Source of the DNA: an uncultured Candidatus Binatia bacterium
Lineage (GTDB): Bacteria; Desulfobacterota; Binatia; UBA9968; JAJDTQ01
Length of the DNA: 64,000 nucleotides
NCBI GenBank assembly: GCA_965242525.1
Contig: OZ251459.1
Location: 1,056,001 to 1,120,000 of the forward strand
Direction of reading: 5' to 3'
Shown here one piece after another: positions 1 to 9,708 of the stretch (positions are counted from its first letter, which is position 1; every line of letters begins with the position of its first letter). A program made the translations under genes and the position numbers. The notes under the pieces were generated by a model. It saw nothing but the letters and a program-made list of their open reading frames with translations. It had not been told where the DNA came from and did not search any database.

Positions 1-13
1 GGGAACGGACCGC

Positions 14-838
14 ATGACCGTGGACAAGGTGGGCCTCATCGCCGGCAGCGGCCGTTTCCCGTTGCTGTTCGCCCAGAACGCACGGGAGTCCGGGGTGCGC
101 GTGGTCGCGGTGGCGCACCGGGGCGAGACCGCGGAGGAGATCGAACGGTTCGCGGAAGAGGTGACCTGGGTCCACGTGGGACAGCTCGGAAAGATCATCC
201 GCACCTTCCGGAACGCGGACGTCCGCAACGCCGTGATGGCGGGGGGCATCCGCAAGGGGCGTCTCCTGTCCCGCTTCAGGCCCGACCCCAGGGGCCTGGC
301 CCTCCTGGCGCGGATGAAGCGCCGGGACGACGACTACCTGCTGCGGGGCGTGGCCGCGGAGCTCGAGCGCGAAGGGATCCGGGTGCTGGAGTCCACGCTG
401 TTCTTGGATCGGATCGTCCCCGCGGAGCCGGGAGTGCTGACCCGGACCGAGCCCGACCCGGAGCAGTGGGAGGACGTGCGCCTGGGCGTCCCCGCGGCCA
501 AGACCCTGGGGGGCCTGGGGATCGGCCAGACCCTCGTGCTCAAGGCCGGGGTCATCCTCGCGGTGGAGGCCATCGAGGGCACGGACGCGGCCATCCGGCG
601 CGGTGGCGGGATGGTGGAGGGCGCCGTGGTGGTGGTGAAGATGAGCAAGCCGCAGCAGGACCTGCGCTTCGACGTGCCGGCCGTCGGTCCGGGGACCATC
701 GAGGTCCTGAAGGAGGCGGGCGGGGGCGTGCTGGCGGTGGAGCCGCGGCGCTCGATCCTGCTGGACAGGGAGAAGCTGCTCGCGGCCGCGGACCACGCAG
801 GGATCGCCGTGGTGGCGGCGGCGCCGGACCCGGCATGA
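14..838 (+). CDS. lpxI: UDP-2,3-diacylglucosamine pyrophosphatase LpxI
   Basis: N-terminal GLIAGSGRFP; motifs IGQT, AVEAIEGTD and KPQQDLRFDVPAVG; sits in the lipid A cluster. Confidence 0.92.
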   Translation: MTVDKVGLIAGSGRFPLLFAQNARESGVRVVAVAHRGETAEEIERFAEEVTWVHVGQLGKIIRTFRNADVRNAVMAGGIRKGRLLSRFRPDPRGLALLARMKRRDDDYLLRGVAAELEREGIRVLESTLFLDRIVPAEPGVLTRTEPDPEQWEDVRLGVPAAKTLGGLGIGQTLVLKAGVILAVEAIEGTDAAIRRGGGMVEGAVVVVKMSKPQQDLRFDVPAVGPGTIEVLKEAGGGVLAVEPRRSILLDREKLLAAADHAGIAVVAAAPDPA

Positions 839-1776
839 GCGGCCCCGGGACCAACGGCCGCGTCGCCGCGGGAGTCGTGGGCGTGGGCCATCTGGGGAGC
901 CTGCATGCGTCCAAGTACGCGGCTTCGTCCTCGGCCGAACTGGTGGGCCTGGCCGACATCGACCCGCGGCGGGCCCGGGAGATGGGCCGCCGCTACCGGG
1001 CGCCGGCCGTGACCGACTACCGTGACCTCCTGGACAAGGTCCGCTGCGTCAGCATTGCGGTCCCCACCCGGGAGCACTACCGGGTGGCCCGGGACTTCCT
1101 GGCCGCGGGGATCGACGTGCTGGTGGAGAAGCCCATTGCCTCCGCGGTGCCCGACGGTCGCGAGCTGGTGGACTTGGCCCGACGGAACGGCTGCATCCTC
1201 CAGGTGGGGCACCTGGAACGGTTCAACCCGGTGGTGCGCGAGGTGGAGGGGTTCGTGTCCGCGCCCCGGTTCGTCGAATGCCACCGGCTGGCGCCGTTCG
1301 TGGCCAGAGGCACCGACGTGGACGTGGTGCTGGACCTGATGATCCACGACATCGACGTGATCTCGAGCCTCGTCCACGCGCCCGTGGCCGGCATCGACGC
1401 CACCGGCGTGGCCGTGCTCACGGACAAGCCGGACATCGCCAACGCGCGCATCCGCTTCGAGGACGGCTGCGTGGCCAACGTCACCGCCAGCCGGGTGTCC
1501 GTGAAACGGGAGCGCAAGATCCGGTTCTTCCAGCACGACGCCTATATCTCCCTGGACTACGACGCCAGGGAGGCGCAGGTCTATCGGATGGAAGACCGGA
1601 GCCGGGGATGGGAGGGGATCCGGAGCGAGACCATCTCCCCGGAGGACGGCGACCCCCTCCGGGACCAGATCGAGTCCTTCCTGGAGTCGGTGGCCACCCG
1701 CAAGAGTCCCCTGGTGGGCGGCGAGGACGGGCTGCACGCCCTGGAGATCGCATCGGCCGTCAGCGAGCGGTTGTAG
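835..1776 (+). CDS. gnnA: Gfo/Idh/MocA oxidoreductase, probable UDP-GlcNAc 3-dehydrogenase
   Basis: GVGHLG Rossmann motif, EKP, GHLERFNP, DLMIHDID; ATGA overlap with lpxI; lies directly before lpxB. Confidence 0.75.
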   Translation: MSGPGTNGRVAAGVVGVGHLGSLHASKYAASSSAELVGLADIDPRRAREMGRRYRAPAVTDYRDLLDKVRCVSIAVPTREHYRVARDFLAAGIDVLVEKPIASAVPDGRELVDLARRNGCILQVGHLERFNPVVREVEGFVSAPRFVECHRLAPFVARGTDVDVVLDLMIHDIDVISSLVHAPVAGIDATGVAVLTDKPDIANARIRFEDGCVANVTASRVSVKRERKIRFFQHDAYISLDYDAREAQVYRMEDRSRGWEGIRSETISPEDGDPLRDQIESFLESVATRKSPLVGGEDGLHALEIASAVSERL

Positions 1777-2955
1777 ATGGCCCGCCGCGCTTCCGCAGAT
1801 CCGCCCCGCAGGGTCATGCTGGTGGCGGGGGAAGCCTCGGGAGACGCCCGGGGGGCCGAGTTGGTGCGCATCCTGCGGCAGCGCAGTCCGTCGGTGGAGC
1901 TGTTCGGCATGGGCGGAGCCAACCTCCGGGACGCCGGCATGAAGGTGGCGTACGACATCGCCAAGGTGGCGGGGGTCGGGATCTGGGAGGTCATCGGGAA
2001 CCTCCGGCGCCTCTGGCTGGCGTACCGGCTGCTGCGGCGGCTGCTGCGGGAGCGCACGCCGGACCTGCTGGTCCTCATCGACTTCCCGGAGTTCAACATG
2101 CGGCTCGCGCGAGTCGCCCGGCGGCGCGGCGTCGCCGTCCTCTACTACGTCAGTCCGCAGGTATGGGCGTGGCGGCGCTACCGCATCCGCAAGATCGCGT
2201 CGAGGGTGGACGCCATGGCCGTGGTGTTCCCCTTCGAGGCGGACCTCTACCGCTCCTTCGGCATGAAGGACGTGGCTTTCGTCGGGCACCCGCTGGTGGA
2301 CGCCGTAAGCCCCGCAAAGGATCGGGCCGAGAGCCTGCGGGACATGGGACTGGACCACGGCAAGCTGACCGTGGCCCTGATGCCCGGCAGTCGGACCAAG
2401 GAGGTCGCATCCCTGACCGGTCCCATGATCGAAGCGGCCGGACGCCTGGCCCGGGAACGGGACGTCCAGTTCGTCCTGATCCGGGCCAGCACCATCGAGC
2501 GCGGCGACCTGGAGCGGGCGCTGGCCGGGGCGCCGGTCACGGTCCGCATCGCCGACGGGGACGGCTACGACGCCCTGGCCGCGGCCGACCTAGTGTGGGT
2601 GGCCTCGGGGACGGCGACGCTGGAGGCGGGCCTGCTGCGGAAGCCCATGGTCATCGCCTACCGGTTGTCGCCGTTGAGCTACTGGCTGGGACGCCTGCTC
2701 GTGCGGGTGGACCACATCGGCATGGTCAACATCATCGCCGGGGAGCGCGTGGTGCCGGAGCTGGTCCAGGACGAGGTCACCGCGGACCGGATCGTCGCCG
2801 AGACCCGGCGCATGCTCCGGCCGGAAGTCCGCCGGTCCGTGGTCCGGAAACTCGCCGCGCTGCGGCATCGACTGGGCCCGTCCGGGGCGCCCGGACGGGT
2901 GGCGGACATGGCCCTGGCGCTGCTGGCGCGGACCGGACCGGGGAGTTCCCCGTGA
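1777..2955 (+). CDS. lpxB: Lipid-A-disaccharide synthase
   Basis: Motifs AGEASGD, IDFPEFN, YYVSPQVWAWR, FVGHPL, PGSR, SGTATLE, VPELVQ. Confidence 0.95.
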   Translation: MARRASADPPRRVMLVAGEASGDARGAELVRILRQRSPSVELFGMGGANLRDAGMKVAYDIAKVAGVGIWEVIGNLRRLWLAYRLLRRLLRERTPDLLVLIDFPEFNMRLARVARRRGVAVLYYVSPQVWAWRRYRIRKIASRVDAMAVVFPFEADLYRSFGMKDVAFVGHPLVDAVSPAKDRAESLRDMGLDHGKLTVALMPGSRTKEVASLTGPMIEAAGRLARERDVQFVLIRASTIERGDLERALAGAPVTVRIADGDGYDALAAADLVWVASGTATLEAGLLRKPMVIAYRLSPLSYWLGRLLVRVDHIGMVNIIAGERVVPELVQDEVTADRIVAETRRMLRPEVRRSVVRKLAALRHRLGPSGAPGRVADMALALLARTGPGSSP

Positions 2956-4691
2956 ACGTCTATCGGCGCCTGCTCCGGTACCTGCGGCCCTACGTGTGGC
3001 CCTGGTTCTGCGGCGCGGTCCTGTGCATGCTGTCGTTCAGCGCCACCACCGCGGCGGGGCCTTTCGTGGTCCGGGACATCATGGACCAGGTGTTCGTCAA
3101 CCGGAACCACCAGATGCTGACGTTCATCCCCTTGGCGGTGGTGGCCTTCTTCACCCTTCGCGGGGTCTTCAGCTTCGGCCAGGTGTATCTCATGGACTAC
3201 GCGGCCGAACGGATCATCTGCGACCTCCGGTCCGCCCTGTGCGGGAAGCTCCAGCGGCTCTCCCTGGCCTACCTCCACCGGCACCCCACCGGCACGCTGC
3301 TGTCCCGGGTCACCAGCGACGTGGAGCTGGTGCGGAGCGCGCTTACCAGCTCGGTGGCCTCGGTGGCCCGGGACAGCGCCTCGGTGGCGGCGTTGACCCT
3401 GGTGGCGTTCTACATGGACTGGTTCCTGGCGGCCATCGCCTTCGTGGCGTTCCCCGCGGCCGTGCTTCCGGTCAGGCGGCTCACCAACCGGGTCCGGAAG
3501 GCGACCGGGAGGAGCCAGGCCAGCACGGGGATGCTCACCGCCATCCTCCAGGAGAGCCTCCAGGGCAGCTCTATAGTCAAGGCCTTCGGCATGGAGCGCT
3601 ACGAGCTGGCCCGGTTCGACCGGGAGAACCGGGAGATCCTGCGCCACGCGCTCAAGGCGAGCTGGGCCAAGGCCGTCATGCCCTCGGCCACCGAGTTCCT
3701 GGCGTCCCTGGGCATCGCGGGGGTGCTGTGGTACGGCGGCAACGCGGTCATGGAAGGCGGCCGCACCGCGGGAGAGTTCTTCGCTTTCATCACCGCGGTC
3801 TATCTCATGTACGAGCCTTTCAAGCGCCTGGCCCGGACCTTCCCCGCCATCTACCAGGGGATCGCCGGCGGCGAGCGCATCTTCGAGGTGCTGGACGCGC
3901 CGCTGGACGTGACCGACGCCCCCGACGCCGTGCCCGCGGCAGGTTTCGCCGACCGCATCGTCTTCCGGGACGTGGGCTTCGGTTACGGGAAGGAGCCGGT
4001 GTTGCACCGCGTCAACCTGGAGGTCCGGCGCGGCGAGATGGTGGCGGTGGTGGGGGTGAGCGGGGCCGGCAAGACGACCCTCTCCACGCTGGTCCCGCGG
4101 TTCTACGACGTGTCCTCGGGCAGCATCACCCTGGACGGCGTGGACCTGCGCAAACTGACCATCGAGTCCCTCCGACGCCAGATCGGCATCGTGACCCAGC
4201 ACACCTTCCTCTTCAACGACACCGTGAAGAACAACATCTCCTACGGGGACCCGTCCCGGGGCATGGACGACATCGTCGTCGCAGCCAAGGCGGCCAACGC
4301 CCACGACTTCGTCATGGAGTTGCCCGCGGGGTACGACACGGTGGTCGGCGAGCTGGGGCTGCGGCTCTCCGGCGGCCAACGGCAGCGCATCGCCATCGCC
4401 CGCGCGGTGCTGAAGAACGCCCCCATCCTGATACTCGACGAGGCCACGTCCTCCCTCGACTCGGAGTCCGAGCGGCTGGTGCAGGACGCTCTGGACGGCC
4501 TCATGAAGGACCGGACCAGCCTGGTCATCGCCCATCGGCTATCGACCATATGCAACGCCACCCGCATCGTGGTCCTGGCCGGGGGCGCCATCCTGGAAGA
4601 AGGGACGCACCGGGACCTGCTCGCGCGGGAAGGGGAGTACCGCCGCCTCCATGCCCTGCAGGCCGTGGATGACGGCGCGGGAAGCAGGTGA
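2952..4691 (+). CDS. msbA: Lipid A export ABC transporter (permease + ATPase)
   Basis: GTG overlaps the lpxB stop; TM domain, Walker A GVSGAGKT, LSGGQRQRIAIARA, ILILDEATSSLD. Confidence 0.9.
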   Translation: MNVYRRLLRYLRPYVWPWFCGAVLCMLSFSATTAAGPFVVRDIMDQVFVNRNHQMLTFIPLAVVAFFTLRGVFSFGQVYLMDYAAERIICDLRSALCGKLQRLSLAYLHRHPTGTLLSRVTSDVELVRSALTSSVASVARDSASVAALTLVAFYMDWFLAAIAFVAFPAAVLPVRRLTNRVRKATGRSQASTGMLTAILQESLQGSSIVKAFGMERYELARFDRENREILRHALKASWAKAVMPSATEFLASLGIAGVLWYGGNAVMEGGRTAGEFFAFITAVYLMYEPFKRLARTFPAIYQGIAGGERIFEVLDAPLDVTDAPDAVPAAGFADRIVFRDVGFGYGKEPVLHRVNLEVRRGEMVAVVGVSGAGKTTLSTLVPRFYDVSSGSITLDGVDLRKLTIESLRRQIGIVTQHTFLFNDTVKNNISYGDPSRGMDDIVVAAKAANAHDFVMELPAGYDTVVGELGLRLSGGQRQRIAIARAVLKNAPILILDEATSSLDSESERLVQDALDGLMKDRTSLVIAHRLSTICNATRIVVLAGGAILEEGTHRDLLAREGEYRRLHALQAVDDGAGSR

Positions 4692-4722
4692 ACGGGAAGC
4701 CCATGGACGGAGCGGCCGGCCG

Positions 4723-6039
4723 GTGACCAGCCTCTACAACGCGCTCCTGCACGCAGGGTTGATCCTGGGACTGTTGTTGTGGCCCCTGGGCCTGCTGGCG
4801 CCGCGGCGCCTCTGCCGCGGCCTGGGGGAGCGTTTCACTTGGTACGCCCCGGAGCTCACGGCCGCCCTCGCGGGCTCCCGCCCCATCTGGCTCCACGCCG
4901 CCTCCGTGGGCGAGGTGCGGTCCGCGGCGCCGCTGGTGCGGCGCATGAGGAGCCGATGGCCGGACCGCAAGCTGCTGGTATCCACAGTGACCGCCACCGG
5001 GAACCGGACCGCGCGGGAGGCGCTCCCGGAAGTCGATGGCGTGACCTACCTGCCCCTGGACCTGCCGTGGCTGGTCTCCCGGAGTTTGCGGCGCCTCCGT
5101 CCCGAACTGGTCGTCCTGCTGGAAACGGAGATCTGGCCCAACTTCATCCGTGCAGCGCACCGGCTGCGCATCCCCGTGGTGGTGCTCAGCGGACGCCTGT
5201 CGCCGGGCTGCGCCCGGACCTACCGGCGTTTCCGCGGCCTGTTCGGGCCGGTCCTGGAGCGGGTCTCCGGGTTCGGCATGCAGGACCGGGAGAACGCCGG
5301 CCGGGTCCTGGGGCTCGGGGTGGACCCGGACAGGGTCGCCGTGACCGGGAGCCTGAAGCAGGCGGAAGCCGTGACCGGCGCGCTCCCGGACCTCTTCGGC
5401 CCCGGGGGCCCGGGGCGCCCGGTGGTGGTGGCGGGGAGCCTCCACCGGGGCGAGGAAGAGGCGCTGCTGGACGTCCTGCCCGAGTTGCGCCGCGGTTTTC
5501 CGGCGCTCCTGATGGTCCTCGCCCCGCGGCACCCCCAACGGTTCGGCGAGGTCGAGCGCCTGCTGCGGCGGCGGAGCCTCCGCTACTCGAAGCGCAGCCG
5601 GACCCGCGGCGCGCCGCCCGATGACTGCTGCGTGCTGCTGCTGGACACCCTGGGGGAATTGCCGCAGCTCTACGGCTGGGCCGACGTGGCGTTCGTGGGC
5701 GGCAGCCTGGTCCCGGTGGGAGGGCACAACCTCATGGAGCCCGCCCGCTGGGGCAAGCCGGTGCTCTTCGGACCGCACCGGTCCAACGTCTCCGAGACCG
5801 CGCGGGAGCTGCTCGAGCAGGGCGGCGGCGCCGAGGTCCGGGACCGCAATGACCTGCGGAGGGAGATCGCGGACCTGCTATCGGACCGGACCCGTGCAGC
5901 GGCCATGGGGCGCCGGGCCCGGCAAGCGGCCCATGCGGACCGGGACGTGGTGTCCCGGAGCATGCAACTGGTGTGCGGACAACTGGGGCGCGCCTCCGGT
6001 CTCGAGGAAACCCCGGACGATCGAGACCGGGAGGCATGA
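4723..6039 (+). CDS. waaA: Kdo transferase
   Basis: Motifs IWLHAASVGE, ETEIWPN, APRHPQRF, DTLGEL, GGSLVPVGGHNLMEPA; GTG start inferred; the last codons come from a repeat element. Confidence 0.92.
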   Translation: MTSLYNALLHAGLILGLLLWPLGLLAPRRLCRGLGERFTWYAPELTAALAGSRPIWLHAASVGEVRSAAPLVRRMRSRWPDRKLLVSTVTATGNRTAREALPEVDGVTYLPLDLPWLVSRSLRRLRPELVVLLETEIWPNFIRAAHRLRIPVVVLSGRLSPGCARTYRRFRGLFGPVLERVSGFGMQDRENAGRVLGLGVDPDRVAVTGSLKQAEAVTGALPDLFGPGGPGRPVVVAGSLHRGEEEALLDVLPELRRGFPALLMVLAPRHPQRFGEVERLLRRRSLRYSKRSRTRGAPPDDCCVLLLDTLGELPQLYGWADVAFVGGSLVPVGGHNLMEPARWGKPVLFGPHRSNVSETARELLEQGGGAEVRDRNDLRREIADLLSDRTRAAAMGRRARQAAHADRDVVSRSMQLVCGQLGRASGLEETPDDRDREA

Positions 6040-6154
6040 ACGCGTCCTTCGACTCCGCTTTCCGCTACGCTCGGGACGAACGGGGACGGGAAACGGTGAC
6101 AGGAGGGTCAGGGTGAGGGAATCCATCCCCGATGTCCGGTGGTCCGGACGTTCC
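6006..6154 (+). mobile_element. MITE family A copy (REP-like CTTCGAC..CGCTACGCTCAGGACGAACGG core)
   Basis: Core shared with nine other loci in the window; degenerate terminal inverted repeats. Confidence 0.8.
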
Positions 6155-6205
6155 CCGACCGGTACGTGGATACGGCTGGCGCTTCGCGCCTGGAGCCGTC
6201 GGGGC

Positions 6206-7297
6206 ATGGCCGGAGGGGTCCTGTGGGGGCTGCTGTGGCCGTGGAGCGTGGGGTTTCGCCTGGCCGCCGCGGTGCGGAACCTGCTGTACGACATGAAGTG
6301 GCTGAGGACCCGGAGGCTGGCGCACCCGGTGGTGAGCGTCGGCAACCTGACCGTCGGAGGTACCGGAAAGACTCCCGCCAGCCTGTGGCTCGCCCGGAGC
6401 CTGGAGCGCGAGGGCGTGCGGACGGCGATCCTGACCCGGGGCTACGGCAGCCGCGGCACGGCCCGCGGGCCGGTCAGGATCGACCCGGAAGAGGCCCGCG
6501 GGTGGCTGGAACGGCCCGGGCGGGAGGCCCTGGACTACGGTGACGAGGCGGTCATGTTGAGCGCCCTGCACGGACGGACCGTGGGAGTCGGCGCGGACCG
6601 TTACCGGGCGGGGGTCGAGTTGGGACGGGAGGATCACGGCGTCCGGGCGTTCGTGCTGGACGACGGCTTCCAGCACCGCCGGGTGGCAAGGGACCTGGAC
6701 CTGGTGCTGCTGGGTTCCGACTGCCGCGGCTCCATGCTGCCCGCGGGACCGTTCCGGGAGCCGCTGCGCGCACTGGGGCGGGCGGACGTCCTCATCGTCA
6801 CCGGGGCCCACGACCGATGGCGGGAGCTGCTGCGCGGACGCTGCGACGCCTCCAGGGTGTTCTTCGCCTCCCTCCGGCCCGCGGGGGTGCTCGCGCGCAC
6901 GGACCGAGGCCTGGAGGAACTCTCCCTCGGCGTGCTGGCGGGCGCCGGGGTCATGGCGGTGTCGGCCGTGGCCAAACCGGAGCCGTTCCATGCAATGCTC
7001 CAGGAATGCGGGGCCCACATCGTGGATACGCTGGTGTTCCCCGACCACCATCCGTACGGGGAAGGGGACTGGCGCAGGATCAACCGCCACCGGAACGACA
7101 TCGAGAAGATCGTGACCACGGAAAAGGATTTCGTGAAGCTGGTCCGGTTTCCGTTCTTCACCGGCAGACTGCTGGCCCTGAGGGTGGAAATGGACATCGA
7201 CAGGCCCGAAGCGCTGCTGGACCGCGTCCGGGAGGCGGTGCGGCAGCCCGCCCGGGGTGTTGCGGCAGACCGGCGCGCTCCGACGGAGACCCCGTGA
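6206..7297 (+). CDS. lpxK: Tetraacyldisaccharide 4'-kinase
   Basis: Motifs VSVGNLTVGGTGKTP, LTRGYG, GDEA, LDDGFQH, PAGPFREP, FPDHH, TTEKD; start codon uncertain. Confidence 0.92.
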   Translation: MAGGVLWGLLWPWSVGFRLAAAVRNLLYDMKWLRTRRLAHPVVSVGNLTVGGTGKTPASLWLARSLEREGVRTAILTRGYGSRGTARGPVRIDPEEARGWLERPGREALDYGDEAVMLSALHGRTVGVGADRYRAGVELGREDHGVRAFVLDDGFQHRRVARDLDLVLLGSDCRGSMLPAGPFREPLRALGRADVLIVTGAHDRWRELLRGRCDASRVFFASLRPAGVLARTDRGLEELSLGVLAGAGVMAVSAVAKPEPFHAMLQECGAHIVDTLVFPDHHPYGEGDWRRINRHRNDIEKIVTTEKDFVKLVRFPFFTGRLLALRVEMDIDRPEALLDRVREAVRQPARGVAADRRAPTETP

Positions 7298-8055
7298 CGA
7301 CCGCGCCAAAGCCGGGCCGGGAGATCCCCGAGGGGTTCGAGAAAGTGGTCCCGGGACCCGGACTGACCATGCTGGCGGCCCGGGGCTTCGCCCACGCAGG
7401 TCTCGCGCCGCGGATCCTGGCGCCGGGCGATGGCGCCCCGGCCCGGCACGCGGGGCGCGCCGAGCTCCGTTCGATGACCCTTCCCGACGGAGGCAGCGCC
7501 CTGGTCCGTCCCTACCGCCACGGCGGCGTGCTGCGCCGGCTGACGGGCGACCGGTTCGTCAGCCGTCCGCCCAGACCCTTCGTGGAGCTGGCCGTCACCG
7601 CGGCGGCCCGGGACCGGGGAGTGGCCACCGTGGAAGTCTTGGCCGCCCTCGTGGCCCGGGGCCCGGGTCCGTGGTATCGGGGTTGGCTGGTCACCCGGGA
7701 GCTGGAGGGGGCGCGCAACCTCTGGGACGCGCTGCAAGGGGTACTCTCCGACGAGGAGAAACGGTCCATGCTCCGGAGCGTGGGGCGTTCGCTGCGCCTC
7801 ATGCACGAGTCCGGCATCGACCACCGCGACCTGAACCTCCGCAATCTCCTGGTCCTCCGCGGCGCCCCGGACCCGGAGGTTTACGTCATCGACTTCGACA
7901 AGGCCCGCCTGTTTCCCGGCCCGGCGCCGGCCTCCCGGGCGCGGCGGAACCTGCGCCGCCTGCTGCGCTCGGCCCGCAAGCTCGACCCCGACGGCGCGCT
8001 GCTGCGGCGCGCCGACCGGGATTGCCTGCTGGACGCGTACGGCGCCGAGCCGTGA
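7294..8055 (+). CDS. kdkA: Kdo kinase / LPS kinase (Kdo/WaaP family)
   Basis: Motifs RPYRHGG, RPFVEL, HRDLNLRN, IDFDK; last gene of the lipid A/Kdo operon. Confidence 0.75.
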   Translation: MTTAPKPGREIPEGFEKVVPGPGLTMLAARGFAHAGLAPRILAPGDGAPARHAGRAELRSMTLPDGGSALVRPYRHGGVLRRLTGDRFVSRPPRPFVELAVTAAARDRGVATVEVLAALVARGPGPWYRGWLVTRELEGARNLWDALQGVLSDEEKRSMLRSVGRSLRLMHESGIDHRDLNLRNLLVLRGAPDPEVYVIDFDKARLFPGPAPASRARRNLRRLLRSARKLDPDGALLRRADRDCLLDAYGAEP

Positions 8056-8104
8056 ACCGGACGCCCGCCCCGGTCTGCATCGACTTGGGATGCCTCGAAA
8101 CACG

Positions 8105-8150
8105 ATCCCCGTTCGTCCTGAGCATAGCGAAGCCGACGGACGCGCTGCAT
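8105..8150 (-). repeat. Degenerate MITE family A core
   Basis: CCCCGTTCGTCCTGAGCATAGCGAAGC...GGACGCG matches the family A core in reverse orientation. Confidence 0.7.
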
Positions 8151-8166
8151 CCATCCTGCCTTACCA

Positions 8167-9555
8167 TCATCCGTCACCGCTATAGCGGATGCCCTGGAAC
8201 CACCTCCGTGCCGCCCGGGTGGCTCGTTCCTCCGGAAACTCCTCCGATTGCGACACGTCGTGGATCGAATCGAACACTACCAGCACCGCGCCATCGGCGA
8301 TACGGACCTCCACTGCCTTGCCCGCAGCGCTAATCGTGACGATGGCCCTGCTGCGGTCCGGGGAAATGTCAAGTCCGCCTGCTTCGTCGGTGTACAGTTT
8401 TCGCAAGTGGGCGGGAGTTCTGTGGTTCGGGAAGATCGTGGTCTCCTCGCCGCTTATCGTGTCCACCATCAGCAGCCGTGATATGAACGAGCCGCCGGCC
8501 GCGTTTCGGGCGCCCTGGTTGTCCAGCATGAGGAACCGGGAGCCTTTGAAATGCAGGACGTCGTGTTGCTTGAAGAAACTGCCGTGCATCAGTCGCTTCA
8601 ACCGATGGTCCCGGTGGTCCAGTATGGCGAACGCGTGAAAGTTCCTTATGGATAGCACGAGGTCTCCGGGTTCGAGCCACCCCTCCGTGTCTTTTCCCAG
8701 CCGCTGGATGGAATTGAGATGCGTCGGGTTGCAAGGATTCTGAAAGCGCAAGAGCGGGGCATAGGTAGAATTCCGTATGGCGTCGAAGAGGGAATGATCT
8801 TCCATCCTCCTCCCTCCCGGATCGATTACGTTCACGGTGTCGTGAAGCCATTGCGGACAAGGTGTGCTCGCGGTCTCCCTGGGCTTGCCGAGTCGCAGGC
8901 CGGGAACCAGAAGGACTTCGCCATCGGTCAGGTGCGGTCGATGGTGGCTGTAGTCCGGACGGTACCACACCGGCTTGCCGCTACGGTCGATGCGCGCCAC
9001 CCCGCCAGCGGAAGGGTGGCTATGAGCGAATTGGAAGACTGCCAGCAGGTCTCCATTGGCGTATTTCGATATTCCCTTTACGTACGCATGCTTGACGAAG
9101 GAGAACCCGATTGCGTGCTCGTACGGGAAATCCCCGGTGAACTCCTCCTTCTCCAGCCATTCCGCCAACTCCCCGGGGCGGTACGGCCAAGCATGCCGGA
9201 CTTCGCCCCGGCCGGCGTACTCCACCGCAATACAGCCCACGTGGCCCGGACAGTGCTCCCGGAAGTACCCCCGCCCTCCCGGAACCAGTATCGGATCGGT
9301 CAAGCGGTCGCTGCCGATGAACTCGAAGCGCCGGTCCGCCACTTGGTCGGGAGGGATATCCACCCACCGTAGTCTCTGGAAGGGTTCAGTAACCCTGGCC
9401 TCGTTCATCGCCAGGAAAGTTTTCCTGGCGGAAGACAGGATACCGTAGGGAAAGACCTTGTACCGAGCGACATACAGCCCACTGGCGAAGGCCGCCAGCA
9501 GGAGCGCCGCCACGAACAGGAAGAGCGGCGCCCTTTTCAGCAATGCCGAAACCAT
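8167..9555 (-). CDS. Exported arylsulfotransferase-family (ASST-like) protein
   Basis: N-terminal TM segment followed by YKVFPY; motifs SHH, NPTHLNSI, GDLVLSIRNFHA, QHDV, DNQG. Confidence 0.7.
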   Translation of the reverse strand: MVSALLKRAPLFLFVAALLLAAFASGLYVARYKVFPYGILSSARKTFLAMNEARVTEPFQRLRWVDIPPDQVADRRFEFIGSDRLTDPILVPGGRGYFREHCPGHVGCIAVEYAGRGEVRHAWPYRPGELAEWLEKEEFTGDFPYEHAIGFSFVKHAYVKGISKYANGDLLAVFQFAHSHPSAGGVARIDRSGKPVWYRPDYSHHRPHLTDGEVLLVPGLRLGKPRETASTPCPQWLHDTVNVIDPGGRRMEDHSLFDAIRNSTYAPLLRFQNPCNPTHLNSIQRLGKDTEGWLEPGDLVLSIRNFHAFAILDHRDHRLKRLMHGSFFKQHDVLHFKGSRFLMLDNQGARNAAGGSFISRLLMVDTISGEETTIFPNHRTPAHLRKLYTDEAGGLDISPDRSRAIVTISAAGKAVEVRIADGAVLVVFDSIHDVSQSEEFPEERATRAARRWFQGIRYSGDG

Positions 9556-9708
9556 ACCGGCATGTACCCCATGTGAGCGTCGATGTCCAATCCACCACCT
9601 GATCATTTCTCCAACTTGGCCTGCTGCCTGTGGTAGCCCGTGGAGTGAGGCATGTTGTACGGATGGGACAGTTTGTCCAAACAGGCGTCGGTCTGTATGA
9701 TTTGGAGG

